A stretch of 64,000 bases of DNA. Origin: Raillietiella orientalis (taxonomy: Eukaryota). The stretch covers positions 4,092,001 through 4,156,000 of the forward strand of contig JAYWIR010000013.1 of NCBI GenBank assembly GCA_036172245.1, read 5' to 3'. Below are positions 23,388-36,530 of this stretch, piece by piece. Numbering within the stretch: the stretch's first letter is position 1; every line of letters starts with the position of its first letter. Made by a program: the position numbers and the translations under genes. The notes under the pieces were generated by a model, which was not told the origin of the DNA, searched no databases, and saw only the letters and a list, made by a program, of their open reading frames with translations.

Positions 23388-25883
23388 CACCCGAGTTCGC
23401 TATGAAGTTTATTTGAAATGGAATCAACATTTACGATTTTTGCGGTCGGTCCAACCGCATCCTTTCCGCAGATACCCTGCCGTGTTACCGGTTCGCAGAC
23501 TGGCGAGGACCACCACGACAGCAGAGCAGAGGAGCCAAACAAAAAGAAAAATAAACAAAACATAAATAAAACAATTTCAAGAGGTTACGGGGAAGGGATC
23601 GCAGCCTGCTGGGGGCGGTCCTCTGCATCCTGTGGAAGAGGCCGGCAAAGTCTTGTTTCATGTTACTATCCAAGTGGGGTCATCTGACCACTATCCGTAA
23701 CAGCGGAGAGAGAAATGGATGCAGTCCCTGTCGTTGGCTCCTCCGTTGGCTTCTCTACACGCCGCCACGATCTCACGAAGGCAGCAAAGTGCTGCAGGGC
23801 GTCTCGCTCAAAGAGGAGCCGTATCACAACTCTGGCGTTGCCGCCGGGGTTCCAAGGGTCGCGGAAAAGAGTCCCCAAAGGAGCCGGAGAACAACACAGT
23901 CCTTTAGGGAGTGCGGAAGGGATTCCATCGCGGGTGGTATTCGCCGCTTCCGGTACGCATCCTGGAACGATTTTCTATCCAGCCCTTGCAAGATGCGCTG
24001 TAGCGCCGAATGCGGATTCCGCGACCTGCCTAGAGGGGAGGGGAGCTTTCCTCAGTCTTCGAGGTTTTCCCAAGCAGCTCCTTACCTATCATCTTTCAGT
24101 GAGGCTGGAGGATTCCAGACGGCGGCCCGTACAACGCCTGCAGCGGATCGGGCGGGAGTCCTGAAAGTTGCCCACTTTTTTCTCTGGCTGCTGACTCACT
24201 TTTGTGGAGTCTTCAGCTCCTTAGGGGTTATCTGTCTTCGCCGTGCGGAGCTCACGCTCCGTAAGATCTTCACACAAGCACACTCACGGAAGCGGGCGCG
24301 CTCCCCCTCTAGGGAAGAAGGCCAGATGCCCAGCTCCAGTGCTTGCCGTCCTTCCTTTCCCTGGCATCTTCCGAGACCGTCGGCTGGTTTCCGCAGCGAT
24401 GGATTAGGTGGAGTGCGGTGATCGGACCTTCGCTCAGGAGCACCAGGCAGTCCGGCGGATGTCTCGATTGAAGACGAGCAGCCTCCTCCATTGGCCTGCC
24501 GTCATCCTCTTGATCCCGCCGACCGAATCGCCGAAGCCCACGTGGTTGCGTACGAGCTGCAGGTACACAGACTGAGGATGTGCCGCAGAGGTGCTCTCCT
24601 AGTCGCATACTTCCTGCTCCTTGGCAACGTGCCACTCGTTCAGCATCCCGTCATCTTTCAAAACCGATGAGCTTCCGGAGATCGCTCCTACGGCGACTGC
24701 TCTTCCTTGGTGGCGAAACGGAAAGCCGATGCCCAGCAGCTGCTCTCCTCCTTCTGTGTCGCCCCTGCCGACGCTGTTGATGGATGCTGGTGCGGGCAAG
24801 AGACGTCCGGCTCTACTGCCAGCCCTTCGCTCCGGAGCAGACAGCTCTGGATTTAGCTGCGAATCCGTCTCCGGAACAAGTGCTGACTGGAGGCCACCGC
24901 CTCCCACTGCTTCACGGTGGCCTTCTCGACCTGGGTCACCATGTCGTCGTACCCCTCGGTGAATGGTGCATCTGTAGAGGATGTGACCGCACATCTGATG
25001 CATCTGTGACCCCGTAATTCTCTTCTTCTCCTCACTCCCAGCATAGATGACCCTTGCACACATCTCCCACTAGTGACGACTAGTGGGAGATGTCCTCACA
25101 GGCAGGGGGCAGAGTCTCTCCTCAAGAGCGAAGTCATCAACAGAATGCGTTCGCCTTCGTACAGGAAATGCTCCGAGACCTGACTCTCCTTAATGCATGA
25201 TCCGATCTTCCGTTCACCCTCCCGCTTCATTGCACGTGTCAAGGATGCTAGTGTTAGTATCAAGCCTTTGAGTTTGAAAAGCCCACCTTGTGTTCTTTGA
25301 GTAGCTTCTCAGTTCCTTGCATCACCTGTTCATCGGATCAGATGCTTGCTGACTGTTGTTCATCCTGGCTGTTGACCTGGAATGTGTCCTAAGTTTCTGC
25401 TTTGGATATGTTGGGTATTGGCTTTCGTAATTCCCTTTATGCTTAGTTCCTTTCCTTGGATGAGCGTTAGCTTTCTGAGGAACCCATCCTCCTCAGTACT
25501 CTAGACTTCCAAAGAACCAGCGTTCCTGCCGGGTTCAACTTCCCCTTGCGTCCCGGTTTCCGACGCCACTGCCGAGTTCTCTCTTGGGCAGGTAGGATGA
25601 CTCTCTTGTTCTAGAGCGGCAGCTCCGGGAGGATTGTTCTCCTGAGATTGACTGACTGGAAGCTGCGAGCTCTCGTTTTTTTTTGAATCAATTCCCTGAC
25701 GAGGCCGACCAAAGGACCGGGAAGCCCAGTTACGAAGATGACTTTCGGGACTCTGAAGCTTAGAGCATGCGTGATGTTTTCGGCACCTCCCGCCCCCTTG
25801 CGCCTTGGAAGCTCATCGCTTTCAATAGGTGCTGGTAAAGTGGCAGGTGGGAGGAAGATTTGAATCGTTAGTTGTGAGCTCAT
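23388..25883 (-). mobile_element. L1/Tx1-like subfamily A derivative: gag-like ORF1 remnant joined to the ORF2 C-terminal CCHC region and 3' UTR, with EN/RT absent
   Basis: Zinc knuckle CIRC/GHILYRC split by a frameshift at ~24965-24995. 3' part MESLPHSLKDCVVLRLLW (~23915-23870) homologous to 15960-16300. T-rich UTR and terminal AAATAAACTTCATAGCGAACTCGGGTG at 23388-23414. 5' limit uncertain. Confidence 0.55.
25060..25093. repeat. perfect 15-bp inverted repeat with 4-nt loop
   Basis: ACATCTCCCACTAGT-GACG-ACTAGTGGGAGATGT. Confidence 0.95.
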
Positions 25884-25940
25884 GTTTAAGGAATGGAGCG
25901 TCTGGAATCAAAGCCGATGCAGCCAGCAGTTGCTTTGTAC

Positions 25941-26640
25941 TCGGTCACGCCGGGAGTTCCATTTAATGATAAATAAATCACAAGTCGAGAAGTATAAGTT
26001 CCTGGAGATGACCACCAGCTCACAGGCCGCCTTATGAGGGAGTCAGGAACGGGAGGGAGAAGACAAAAAATAGAATAAAAACAAAGAGGAAAGGTTAGGG
26101 ACAGGGGTCTTTGGTTTAGCTTCCCTTTTCTCCCTACAGCTGGCTCTAAATGTTGACGATCTCCCTGGAGAATTCTTGCAGGTGAAGCCACCTCGTAATC
26201 GTCCTCACCTAGGCGGCTACTATCTAATGATCTTGCTTCGTTACGAACGAAAATTCATCAGGGGCGGGCTGTGACGACGGCGCGGGTGCAGCATCTCGTT
26301 GCCATCACGGAGCTTGTCGTCAGTCGCGCTGCTCGAAGAAGAACCGCAGTCCGTCCATTGCAGTGTTCAGTGGGCAGCGTATTGCCGAAGTCAGTCTCCG
26401 CCACATGTCCATGAGGGCGCTGCAGTCCAGCAAGGGGTGTGGGAATGGTTCGAATGTCCCACATCTGGGACAGTTCGGGGAGGCAGCAACTCCCCCACGA
26501 ACCAGGTGCCTGTGCTGGTTGCACCGTAGTGTCCACACACGGGAGGGGGAATACGAATTCTTGGGGGAGCACACTGACAGGTCACCCATCGAGGAAGGCC
26601 CCTTTGCCCGGGAAAAAATCCCCCAGTTCTAGCAGTTGCC
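25941..26640 (-). mobile_element. L1/Tx1-like LINE subfamily B, 3' fragment
   Basis: PNCPRCGTFEPFPHPLLDCSALMDMWRRL (CCHC). Tail ..CCAAAGACCCCTGTCCCT shared with 40470-40570 and 48420-48530. Terminal CTCCCGGCGTGACCGAG. Confidence 0.75.
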
Positions 26641-29600
26641 GCAGGAGACAGCTGAATGCTGCGATGCACGCACCATCTTTTCCGTCATGCGTTTCTCCCG
26701 TTGCGGTGCGTTCCTCAACTCTTTCATTGCCGCATCGCATCCTCTTGCCGAGGATCTTAAGATGGGTGCAAGTACCGACTCCGAGACTGCTCTGGAGGAG
26801 GAGGACAGAGCCGGTCCTCTTTACCTGTATTCTTCCTGTTGCCTGACTTCCTCGATGCCCTCGATGCCGTCAGGGAATCCCCCGAGCGCATCGTTCTGGA
26901 TTCGAGGAGGCTTGCAGAATGTGGCGCCGGGTCCAGCTGGTTCTTTTGCATCAGCGCGACGAGCCGTCTCGGGTGAGGCCACTGTCGCTCTCCAGGGAAC
27001 ACTCTTTTATTTTTGTCTTCTAACGATCAGTCTGAACCAGTCATCCTGAGTGATGCACGAGGAATTCCTGCTCCAGCGCAGCTGCATTTTCCGATAAGCC
27101 TCACCGATCAGCTGTTGACAGGGAGCGACTCCTGTGTCGAGCAAGACGATGTCTCTTCAAGCCTGTTCCTCCTTCCATGGAGTCAAGAGGTTCTGTCCCC
27201 ACATTCCGCATCCGGAATCTGGAAGGTGGTTTTCCAAGACAAACAGCAGAAGTCAATGAATTCCTCCTTCCTTCTGATGGAGGATGGAGTAAAAACATTA
27301 GTAAACTTATTATTCGCCGGTGCCACGGGAATGCGAGCATCAGTAAGTTAGTAAGGCGAAGAAATTTGTAAATCTGCTTTTTTTTTTTCTTTTGGTTTTC
27401 CCTCGATGCCCCCCCAGTCAAACGCAGCACTTCCACGGGGAATGTCTGATGATCTTAATCGTTGCATGATAGAATCCCGGAGATCGAGCTGGAGTTTCGA
27501 GAGCGAGGCTGGAAAAGACTGAGCGACGACAAGCACGTTGCGGAGGATGCGGAGGAAAGAGAATCTCTGATATGACTTGCAATGTCTCGGGATTCCAAAC
27601 CTGTCCCAAAATGCTACCGATGAAAAGAAGAGCGCTCTGAGCAACAGCAGGTCGGAGCAGAGTTGCGTTGCGGAATGAATTTCATCCCACGCGTTTCTTT
27701 GGCTAAGAAACCATAAGAGCTTCTCACGGCTGCTGCAAGTGTCACTTAAGCAGCAGGGAGTGTTCCTCCGCGGTGAGTTTGGAACGCCCTCCATGTGCAC
27801 TTCAAAAAGGTCGAGAAAGCGGAATCCTCTTTTAGTGAATAAAAGATGCGATCCTCCTTCAGAATGATCCCACCGTCAAATACTTGAGGTGCTGCTTGGC
27901 CCTCGAGGCAGGAGGTGGTTGGTACCAGGATTACCAGTTACAACGATGATAAGCAGCAGAGGCCGAAGAGCTTCGAAGGTGCTTCGCGACGGACCCGTGA
28001 CTTTACTAGAAGAGGTGGTGCCAAGGCTCTGAGCGCGAACTCTCTACGAATTCGTCTCCATGGTAGCCCGCTGCATGTTTCGCTGCTGTGCGTCGTGGCA
28101 CAGATCTTCTCGGACCTTGGTCACGACTGGAATCAAAGCTTATCGTTCACAGAAGGCGGATCGGTAGATGGTTGTTCATGGTAGGTGAGGCCGCGGGGCA
28201 AATGGTCACTTCTGTGGTTTCTCAGCTTGGCTGGAAAGAATCCAATGTACGTCTCTTTGGATGGAAACGGTCGTGTTGTCAACATGTTTTATGCCCTGTC
28301 GTTCTCATGAGAATGAGCATTACTAATGGACTGGTCAAAAGTCGACTTGTGAGTGAGCCTTAATGTTGGGTGTCAAAAGATTGTGTTTTTGCTGTTGTCG
28401 TTCACAATGGTGCGAGGTATTTGGAAAAAGTGTCAGTTTTCTATCTCTTTTGATGGTCAGTTTCGTTGGTGCCGAGTTCTGTGCGTTCGACGGCTTTCTC
28501 TGCTCGCAAGGAATTGCAATAAGACCCTTCTTCAGCGACCTTCTGCACAGTGAGCATTAAGCTGCCCTCAATCCTAATGACCATGTGAAACTTTCCTACT
28601 CTTCCATGTACATTCCCTGCCTGTGTACGTCCACGATAGTTTCCGCGGACGTCTGCAAATGGCACGACAGTTCTTTGTGCTCTTTGATGACCTTGTTCAA
28701 CATAGCGGGTCAGCACTTGCGCGTTCTGAGGCGCGTCCGCAGATTTTTGAAAAATCTGCAAAGGCTTCGATGGAGCGTCCTGTTTTTTTTTTCTTTTCTT
28801 TTCTTTTTTCTCCTCGCTTCAAAAGGCACCGCCAAAAATGGATTCAAAGAGCCTTTCTCGCGACAAATAGGGCTGTTGATGTACTTGATGCACACAGCAA
28901 GCGGCCTCGGCCAATGAGACTGGGAGACTCTCCTTTTTAAAAAGAAAAAAAAAAAAAAAAAACCCACTCTGAAGAATAATGATCCAAAGAGATACAGTGC
29001 ATGGGAAGCGCTAAAACTGCCAAGTAGCCGAGAAGGAACCGAAAATATGGATATATGCAAATGAAACAGGCTCTTACTGTTTATCCCAAGGAGCACAGCT
29101 GAATTTATCCACCTCAGCTTCTCTTGGACCTTATCTTCCCACCGAGTGCAAAGTGCAATAACGTTTTATTTTCCATCTAAGGGGAATGCGGAACCAAAAT
29201 GAAAATAAGAAGGAAAATTTACAACCCATGGTCTGAAATCCATAAATGCGTGCGTACTTGCTATTCTCATCGAGCCTCGCGGAGGCTGCATGTGTCGCAT
29301 CTTCTGTTCTCTTCCCGGAAACCAACTCGTGCGTACTGCAGTTTGTGATTTCGTCACGGTCTCCAAGGAATTAGTGCCTGGTTTTATTCCTGAAAACATC
29401 GAATCGAAAATCGGACATGCTGTCGCGCTTTCCCGGATAATCCTAATTAAAAGATTCCATTTGCGTTCATCTCTGCATTCATGATCGTTGCTGTACCGGG
29501 TAGGAAATAATCAGGTCATCATCAGTAGCATACAGAGAGTGAAGATGCGGATTCAGTAACAGCCAAGACGTTAGGGGATGAAGATATGCCGTTGCCGAAT

Positions 29601-32600
29601 CGGCACCACAGCATCACCGCATCACCCCTGACTATTTTGTATCACTCTGGATCGAACGTCCAGTACCATGGATACGCAGATCATTCTGAAGATCGTCACT
29701 TCCCACATCATTTTATGAAAGCACTGCAGATTCGTCCTACTTTGCTCCGGAGAGGCGCTTCAAAATCACAGATGCAAAAAAAAAGAGGAAATCAATTAGG
29801 CAGTGTTTCCTTCAAGATGGCGCGCCTCCTATTTTGGTCCTGTGAATTCGTTAGCTCTCTCTCGCAACACGGATTACACCATGTTTCTGGATAGTTAATC
29901 TGAAAATTATCTCCATGGATCTTGTAATGCTTCTCATTCCGAGCCAAGGATGTTTCTTTCTGGAGTAGAGGGAGGAGATAATCTAGACTAACTTCCCGGA
30001 TTCAATCCTGGAGTTTGGCAAACTTTGCGTATCGTGAACACATGGATGGAAGATGCTGCATCTGTCACATCTGTCTGCGAGAGCCACACTTGCAGTTTGT
30101 TACAGGCCGGAACACACGAGTGGATGCGGAGTGACTCTTGAAAATCTCGAATATCGAATCAACACATTGCTATTGGAAATTGTTCATCCGATTCGTTACC
30201 CTCTGCATCCTACTGATGGACCGAACATGATAATAGGGGTTCTACGTGTAAATTAGTCTTCTTTGAGAGCAGTTACAAGAGCGCTTGCTTGCGAAAAAGA
30301 AAAGGTTTTCATTCTTCTGGCATTTTGAGCGCCTTTCTACGAAGAGCCCTCGTGCCAGGGGGAAGGTCACACTTCTCGAGCACAGGAGGCACTCCCTCCA
30401 GACAAGGAAGCAGATTTTTCCGCTAAGTAGGGGAGGGGGGCTGCTTTGCCGTTAACGTCGTGTTGGGATTCTCCCATCTTTCTGACAGTTTCGAACTCTT
30501 TGAAATGACCTCACTCGGTAGTTTTTGCTCCTGGCTGACTCTCATCCGAACTCACTGCTTCGGCAGTCACCGTTTCTGTGAGATACTTCAGTGCCATGCT
30601 GGAACCGGAATTTTGGGGAATTCATATGCAAAATGAAGTTTCTTACGGGATCGCGATGCTCCATGCATTTGCTCCTGCACACACCTTTTTCAGTCCACCA
30701 ATTTCGCTGGGAAATAGGTCATTTTTTCGTTCTCTGAAAAAGCAACAACCAAGCAAACAGTATTCTGTTTTCTGGGGTCATCAACGTGTAATGCATAAGT
30801 GCACGCAAACGCGCACACATTTGCTGCAATCTGTCTATTTGTATCTCTTTCAACGTACTCTTTCCACTTCGAATATTGGATTTCTTCAGAGAGCCGCTCA
30901 CCTTCAAGGTTTTTCATTTTTCTTGAAAATAACTGATGACTGAACAGACTCTACAGAATGGGATATCAAACCAAATAGGAATGCGCTTTCCCTAGGAAAC
31001 TGTTATAGGAGAAACGTTCCGAATTAACCTCTTCTACAATCCTTTGCCTTCGAATTCATGTTTGTGGTGCACCATTAGGGAATTAAAATCACAGATCTAT
31101 GAAACCGTCCTGAAACTCAGAATGCTTCCGTGTTCAAAGACATCACGTGAGGAGCCATCCTCAAACTACCATGTGACTGCAATGATCGGCATGAGCCGTG
31201 AGCCCACATCTCTCTCCTTTTTTTTCCCCCCCCCTCCCCTCTATGGTTGCTGTTTTCAGTGTGGTCAGGACTTGCCGAGTTTCCACTCTTGCACTCTGGA
31301 GCAAATCGCGGATACCCGTTGATGTCGGCCGGAGTCCCCGCATGTGAAAGTGGTGAGGAGGAAGCTTGCGTCTCGTCTTCCGGGTTTCCACTCTTGCACA
31401 CAGCCCACGTCCCTCCTTAGTGGGTTCCTCAATCCACCACCATCCGCAAGTGGAGCACTTCCGTCTTTTCTTGCCGAATTTTTTCTATGGGTTGTGGGCG
31501 CAATGTGTCATCAGCACAACAGTTGCCGTTAGCTTTGCAAAAGACTGCGGAAAAATCTGCGGCGTCCTCCGATCACCACAATCATCAGTTATCTGCACAT
31601 CGAGATGATCCATCCCAACAAGATGCTTGAGTGTTGGAATTAGGTAAAGAGACTCGTTCTAACCTTTCACGAAAGCGGATGCTGTTAATGAGGCATCGTT
31701 TAAGATTAGAACATTTGCGTATTCCTTTGGTGCTTTTCGACCTTTACCGCATATTTTCGATTGGTCCGATGTGCCAAAGCAGCTTAATTGATCAGTCAGA
31801 TGACTCTTTCACTCGTGAGATGCAGTAACTTATGCCACATTGCTTATCTGGGAAACGTTGAGACGAGATATGTAATTAAAAGCAGAATAACAAAAGAGAA
31901 TCTTTCCCTAGCATCCTCTTAAATTAATTTCAATGCCACTTTGCATTTCGACTCAAGGATCAAAGGAAAGCACTAAGCAACAGATTCTGGAGAGCAACTG
32001 GGAGAAGTGATGAAGGGTTTCCTCACTACGTTTACATCCCCCACCAAACTCTGTTAGATGGAAACGCAGTGACCGCTGATGGATGCAATGGAGCATTCGA
32101 AAGAAGGGCTACTCGGCGGGATGTTTGTTCAGCAGAGAGATGGTGCAAGAGTTCCATGCCAGCTTCCTCGGGAGTGCCGCCTTTCCTACCACGGCACGTC
32201 TCGGGAAAGCTCCATTCCATCTGAGCTGCTTCCAGCACTTTGCTTCGTGTTTGTTTTCTTCCTCGCACCTCAGTGTCTGTGGCTGCCCTCTCCTCCGAAA
32301 ACCTCTCCGGAAACGTCCGTCTTTGCCGAGGCTCGCAAGGGAGCCCCCACAAGGTCTGGCAGCAGAGCACGGAATGGACCGAGCAGAACGGCAGCCTTCA
32401 CGGGAAAAAGGGTATGCTCATCGCACGTGCTCTCGCCCAGGAGAGCTCTCGGCGCAGTCGCATTCTGCGTACACACGCATTCGTCCCCCTCCTTACTGTA
32501 TATGATCACGATTTCTTTTTTTATTTCTCTCCTTTTCAAGCACGTGCACCTGACCTAACCATCGTATATGCGTACAGTACGAAAGGGATGGGATCCCCAT

Positions 32601-35600
32601 CTCTTTCCCGCTACCACGGTAACAGAAAGGTGCACGTGCAGCTGGAACTGCCACGAGGTATGGGGATTTGCAGAACGCTCCCGAAAGAAGGGGCCCTTCC
32701 CTGACTTACAAAGCACACCAACATCCCGGCTTCACGCTCCTGCTAACGCAGAATGATGATGAACTCTCCGAGTTCAACGTTCCGATGTATTCCCTCTTAC
32801 TGCATCGTGTTTACAGGGCTCCCACACCTCTTTGGAATCAGGAAGAGCTTTTTGGGTCCATGTGATTGTACCAAAGTGCCGCTGTGCTCACACAGCTAAG
32901 CATGTACGCAGACGAAGACATACATGGACGCGTGAACCCTGCTGCAAAAATAAAGACATTCGTCTAGGGAAAATGCGTACACGAATACATCCTTCTGGCA
33001 TTATACACATGCATCAGGTATATTTTTACCTGTATAAAAATCCAAAAATGGAACGCAATGCTTAATTTCCTCATGATGACGGCCGATGTTCTTCTCCTTA
33101 CATCCGTGTTGAGAAGGTATGGCCTCGTGGGCTCCTTACATTTGCTTTGTTCAAAGACACCACAGAGCTGATGCTTAGCGCCCGCATTTGGTTTCTCACT
33201 ATGATTAACGATGCACCCGGAAGTGGCCCTCCGTTTGAAGGAGGAAATGGAGGTGTAGAAGAATTCACTGATGAATTCGTAAGTGGGCGTCTTCCTTCTT
33301 CCGAAGAGGAATGTGCCCAAATCCAGCGATGGTTTTGCCGACGATCCTCACGCGGGGAAAACGCCGGTTCTTCTTCCGACCCGTCTTGGTGATGCTCGCC
33401 GGTTTCCATGCATGTCGGTGCAGCTTCCGCGCTGGAGCAGTGTGCGATTTCGTGTCATTTCGTGCTTGCATCGCCAAGCAGCAAGCAGAATTGATGACCA
33501 GCGCGATGGCGTCCAAGTGTCCAGCAAAAGACCGTGTGGAATGGCAATCCGCAAAATCATCCTCCTCGCCGAAAAAAAATTCCTTCCTTCCTGAAGTCCT
33601 ACGCTGCATGGGGGATGAAATTCCCATTTCTGCGTTTTAAAAATAGGCGCAGTAATAGAGGAAAGGAGTTGAGAATGGCATGCCGCGCGAATAGGCACAA
33701 ATGGCAAACGTACCGAGGTCGGCGGCAGAATCCTCCACATCCATCCCTCGTGTGCAATTACTTTTCTATAAAACTTTAAAGCATTTTGTGAATGTCATTA
33801 ATTCGAAAACGGAAGGCAAAATGGGTGATCGGAATGGCTCCGAGAAGTGACATACGGCTTAGCTAAACATGAGGGAAAAATCTGAATGCAATCTTCAGGG
33901 CATGACGAGACGCACGTTGCGAGGGTACTACATCATTGGGAAGTACCAGACGATTGGGATAACCGATGTTTTTTTTTTTTTTTTTTGGTGTTTTTTTTTT
34001 CCACAGCACGGAACTGGAAATTCGAGTCAGCAGCTCGGAGGAGAAGGAATTCAGGGCAAAAGAGGTCTTTTTTTCTTTCTCCCAACGAAACACTCCAGTG
34101 TGCTGAAAGTGAGCCGTCCATCCTTCGTTCCCTTTGGAAGTCTCGCAGGCCCGGAAAGGGAAGCGAACAGGAAGAGTAGGAAACGTCCCGATCGATAGGA
34201 GTGGGACAGCAAGAAGTGATCTTCCTGTTGAGGTCCACGCATACTCTTGCAAGCATTCGTTTTCCTCTTCGGTGTATCATCATATGGACGTATACGCTTA
34301 TCTTCTGCGATAGAGGCACTTCGAAATGGATGAGGAAAAATCTCTCGCCTGTGAGTTCCGCGAGTTTGAGTTTCCAATAAATTTGGTGCTCTGTATATAA
34401 GCTTCCTTAAGACAAGCGTCCCAGCTCTGAGGGCAGAAGAAACTGAGAGTCTCGAAAAATGATACCTCAGTAAACGAAAACGGGACTCAGCTGAAAAACT
34501 AGAGTGATGTTTCCTGAATAAGAGGGCACTGGGAAAGGTGGTCTCCACGAAGAGCTCCGCTGGAACATCGAGTTAAATAGTAGAATAAGAATCCAGAGTC
34601 ACTACTCAAACATGTGTAGTTTAAGCCTCACCGCGTCATCGACACGAAAGGCACAACATCGGACTGAATGTCACCTCACCTTTCCAGCCAAATTCCAACT
34701 CTGGCAATCTGTTCCTCGTTACGGAAGCAGTTGCGCTTATCAGGACCCCGGAAGTCTCTTGAGGCTGTTTCCATGCTGGCTTCGACGTGCCGTTGGTTTC
34801 CATTTCACCTTCCCTTAATTCAACTGCCTCCTCCTTCTTGTTCGAATTTTTTTCCTTCGAGGTAGCTCTTGTCCCAGGTCGAGAGAGCACTCTTGTTTTT
34901 GTTTTTTGTTTTTTCTCTGGTCTCGGAGGAGAGCAAAAAGCATCAAGAGGGAAGCTGCGTGAAAACCGAGCCCCGCTCCGCGCCATCCTTCAACGACGAC
35001 CGTATCCATGCGACGATCTGTTAACTGCTTGCTGCATTGCATTCTGGACGCTGGCAAAAGTCTGTCATTTTCTTCTCCGTGCTCTCGGCACCGGAAGTAC
35101 GTTTTCCAATTAGAAGATGGGAGCTGTAAGCGGAGTATCGGAAGGAACTCGAAAGCACAGATAACTTCGTTTCCAGGAGAGAGGGGAAACAAAAAAACAC
35201 GACTCAATTACACGTAGCGATGCAGCAAAACGGCGCAGCAGAAAATTTCGAGATGAGCTTTGAGAACCAATCCAAATAATTTATTCTTATTCAAGGATGG
35301 CTCATTATTTGGAACGCTCAGCCATTAGTAATTCTTGATGATTATGGATGGATACAGAAAATGGAAGCTTTGCAGGGAGGACGTCTCCTAGCGCTACCAA
35401 GTTCTAGCAGAATTTATGGTTGCGTTGTGTCCGTGCTGCTTCTTGCAATGCCCCTGGATGGTTTCCCGGTTCGAGTTGAAGAAATTACCTTTTAGAGGGA
35501 GACTACAATGGTGTGAACGCAACATGAATATAATACAATGTTATACATTTAAAGAAAACAAAAACAAAAACATGCAATGCTAAGCAGGTGAAACTCACGA

Positions 35601-36029
35601 TGGACCAATCCCAAACTGCAGCTGCTTGCTCCCTCGTACCTGATGCCCGAGTAGTCTTTGTCCTACTGTCAGAGACGAAGCTCAGATTGAGAGGCTGTGG
35701 ATTCTTTCGCATTTGAAAGTGGCGGAGGGATCAAAAGCTGTCACTAAAAAGGTTTCCCGAGTGCTTCCGAGCTTTATGTGTACAGAACGGAATGAGCACA
35801 CGTGTCTTCTACTACACACAACCCTTGAGGGACCATCTTAGAAGAAATAATCGATAAGAACGGTATGCGCAGTTTCCACTGGAATGTTCCAATCTTGAAG
35901 ATTCTTGCAGCTCCGCATTACTTTTCTTAGTTGGCAGATTTGCTACCATTCCTTTTTTCCATGCTAGCATTCGCGACAGCAGCAGTAAATCCTTCCAATA
36001 AGATCCCAGCATCCTTAGAATAAAGCATT

Positions 36030-36335
36030 TTCATGAAGAAAAATTTCCGTGAGATAAAGCTTGCTTTTCATCTAGCGAAGATCGTGCTTTGGAAAGCGCA
36101 TTTAGCACCACCACCACCCCTATTTAGAAACTTGGGCAGTCCGACTAGACCCCCCTGGAGATTCCCGCGGGTAGGTACCTTGGCGTTCCGTTGGGAGTCT
36201 TCGGCGCTGCCGAAGCGTGGTCGAGCTGCCTCCAGAAGGCTGAGTTGGCCCTGCATCCGCTTGCCTGGACGGGCTGTCGTTGGGAACACCTTTGCGGGCC
36301 CCCTCCTCCCTTCCCTGTTTTTTGTTTGTGCGCCC
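36030..36335 (+). mobile_element. L1/Tx1-like subfamily A RT fragment (domains 6-7)
   Basis: RYLGVPLGVFGAAEAWSSCLQKAELA and VVGNTFAGPL, homologous to 14890-15060. Confidence 0.7.
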
Positions 36336-36340
36336 TCCTA

Positions 36341-36530
36341 CGAGGACTCCTCCCTCAGGAGCCTTCTTGGATTCATCGGGTGGTCCCTCCAGACTCGCTT
36401 TCCATTACTTGAAGAGTTAGACGCACCCCCTGGTGGCGTGGACAGCGTCAAAGAGCTTCGGGAGCTCTCCTGAAGAAGGCGAACGGTTCTTCAACACTTG
36501 GCGAACCAAAAAAAAGACTCCCAAAAAAAA
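36341..36530 (+). mobile_element. SINE-like family X, 3' fragment
   Basis: CCTTCTTGGATTCAT..TTGAAGAG..CGCACCC..GCGTCAAAGAG..GAACGGTTCTTCAACACTTGGCGAACC followed by A-tracts. Matches 1245-1418 and 62070-62232. Confidence 0.8.

Noticed and set aside
30554..30567. U6 5' stem-like ACTGCTTCGGCAGT
   Set aside because: Only a 14-nt UUCG hairpin with no downstream U6 similarity.
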